A stretch of 56,455 bases of DNA from a virus (lineage: Duplodnaviria > Caudoviricetes): the IMG/VR virus record IMGVR_UViG_3300030117_005233, positions 1 to 56,455 of that record, one strand, 5' to 3'. Positions within the stretch are counted from its first letter, which is position 1. Each line of letters opens with the position of its first letter. Positions 55,774-56,455 of the stretch are shown piece by piece. Below the pieces are notes generated by a model. That model was not told where the DNA came from. It searched no databases and saw nothing but the letters and a program-made list of their open reading frames with translations. The position numbers and the translations under genes are program-made.

Positions 55774-56423
55774 GATGTGATCCCTACATGGCTTGGTGTA
55801 TCTGTAATTCAGTATCACACCATTTTAGAAATGATTATAATGCAGTAAAATATAATTATAAGATGCCTTGGTTCTCACCGAATAAATTTAAAGGTGATAG
55901 AATGCAATGGTGGTACCGAACTTTAGTTAAGAAGTATCCACAACAAGATCAAGTAATTAAGATGGCATATGTTAATTGTAATCATGGAAATTTTCATGTG
56001 AGTGAATATAGCGCTGGATTGTATGAAGAACTTGAGAAATGGTTACAATCACAAGGATATAACTTTGAGAGAGCACTAACAGAACAAAGAAAACGGTATA
56101 TTAATGTTAGTAAAATAAAAGATTTTAGAAAGTATGAACACCATAGTGGTTATCCATATAAAGACTTTGACTTTCATTGTAAGCCTGAACATGATGTTTT
56201 AGCACCACCTTTTGCTAGTAGTAGAATTGATTTTAGAATAAGAGTAATAACTAATTTAATATGTGGATGGGCAGATCAATATGATAAGAGTGTTGATACA
56301 GAAACACTACATTGGCCAAATACATACAAAGCAATAAAAAGACATGAACCATTTTTGTCCCAGTGGATAAATATAAAGAAGATGAAAAAAATTGCATATA
56401 AAGTGTTTACAGACACTGTGTAA
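55770..56423 (+). CDS. gp59: Helicase loader, divergent
   Basis: HF..DYNAVKYNYK N-terminus, C-terminal K...PFL; gp33-gp59-(gp32) order. Confidence 0.65.
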   Translation: MRCDPYMAWCICNSVSHHFRNDYNAVKYNYKMPWFSPNKFKGDRMQWWYRTLVKKYPQQDQVIKMAYVNCNHGNFHVSEYSAGLYEELEKWLQSQGYNFERALTEQRKRYINVSKIKDFRKYEHHSGYPYKDFDFHCKPEHDVLAPPFASSRIDFRIRVITNLICGWADQYDKSVDTETLHWPNTYKAIKRHEPFLSQWINIKKMKKIAYKVFTDTV

Positions 56424-56434
56424 TTTGATATAAT
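56406..56434 (+). promoter_or_regulatory. Early promoter, likely for gp32 beyond the window
   Basis: GTTTACA-N17-TATAAT. Confidence 0.7.
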
Positions 56435-56455
56435 ATACACATACAAAACATACAA

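Noticed and set aside
1-56455. Alternative genetic code, integrase/transposase, DGR or retron reverse transcriptase
   Set aside because: Core genes are intact in code 11 with TAA, TAG and TGA all used as stops; no such ORFs were recognised

Overview
AT-rich segment of a T4-like (gp43/gp45/gp44/gp62/regA/uvsX/gp41/gp33/gp59) myophage genome, probably aquatic. Two PEP-CTERM genes and the style of its bS21 point to a PVC-superphylum host (Verrucomicrobiota/Kiritimatiellota), which is an inference. The window holds the replication core, a divergent VWA/MoxR pair, a 14-gene glycosyltransferase/methyltransferase island, a nucleotide-modification operon, a PAAR gene, a 4404-aa virion-type protein and a lysis-like module. 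The main candidates for novelty are: (1) a T4 gp42-like dCMP hydroxymethylase that keeps the cytosine-specifying Asp but sits in an operon with an aGPT-Pplase-like amino-acid:DNA transferase, a PLP enzyme, an SGNH-fold protein and a mini-UDG, which suggests amino-acid-type hypermodification of cytosine instead of thymine; (2) a giant protein strongly enriched in (D/N)SP tripeptides, possibly the sequon for the phage glycosylation island; (3) phage-borne PEP-CTERM surface proteins with an outer-membrane beta-barrel; (4) a lipoprotein gene overprinted in +1 frame inside a holin-like gene; (5) paired 27-bp palindromes at 58-bp spacing upstream of three early promoters; (6) two unannotated structured-RNA candidates. 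All family calls come from motif recognition by eye; no searches were run.
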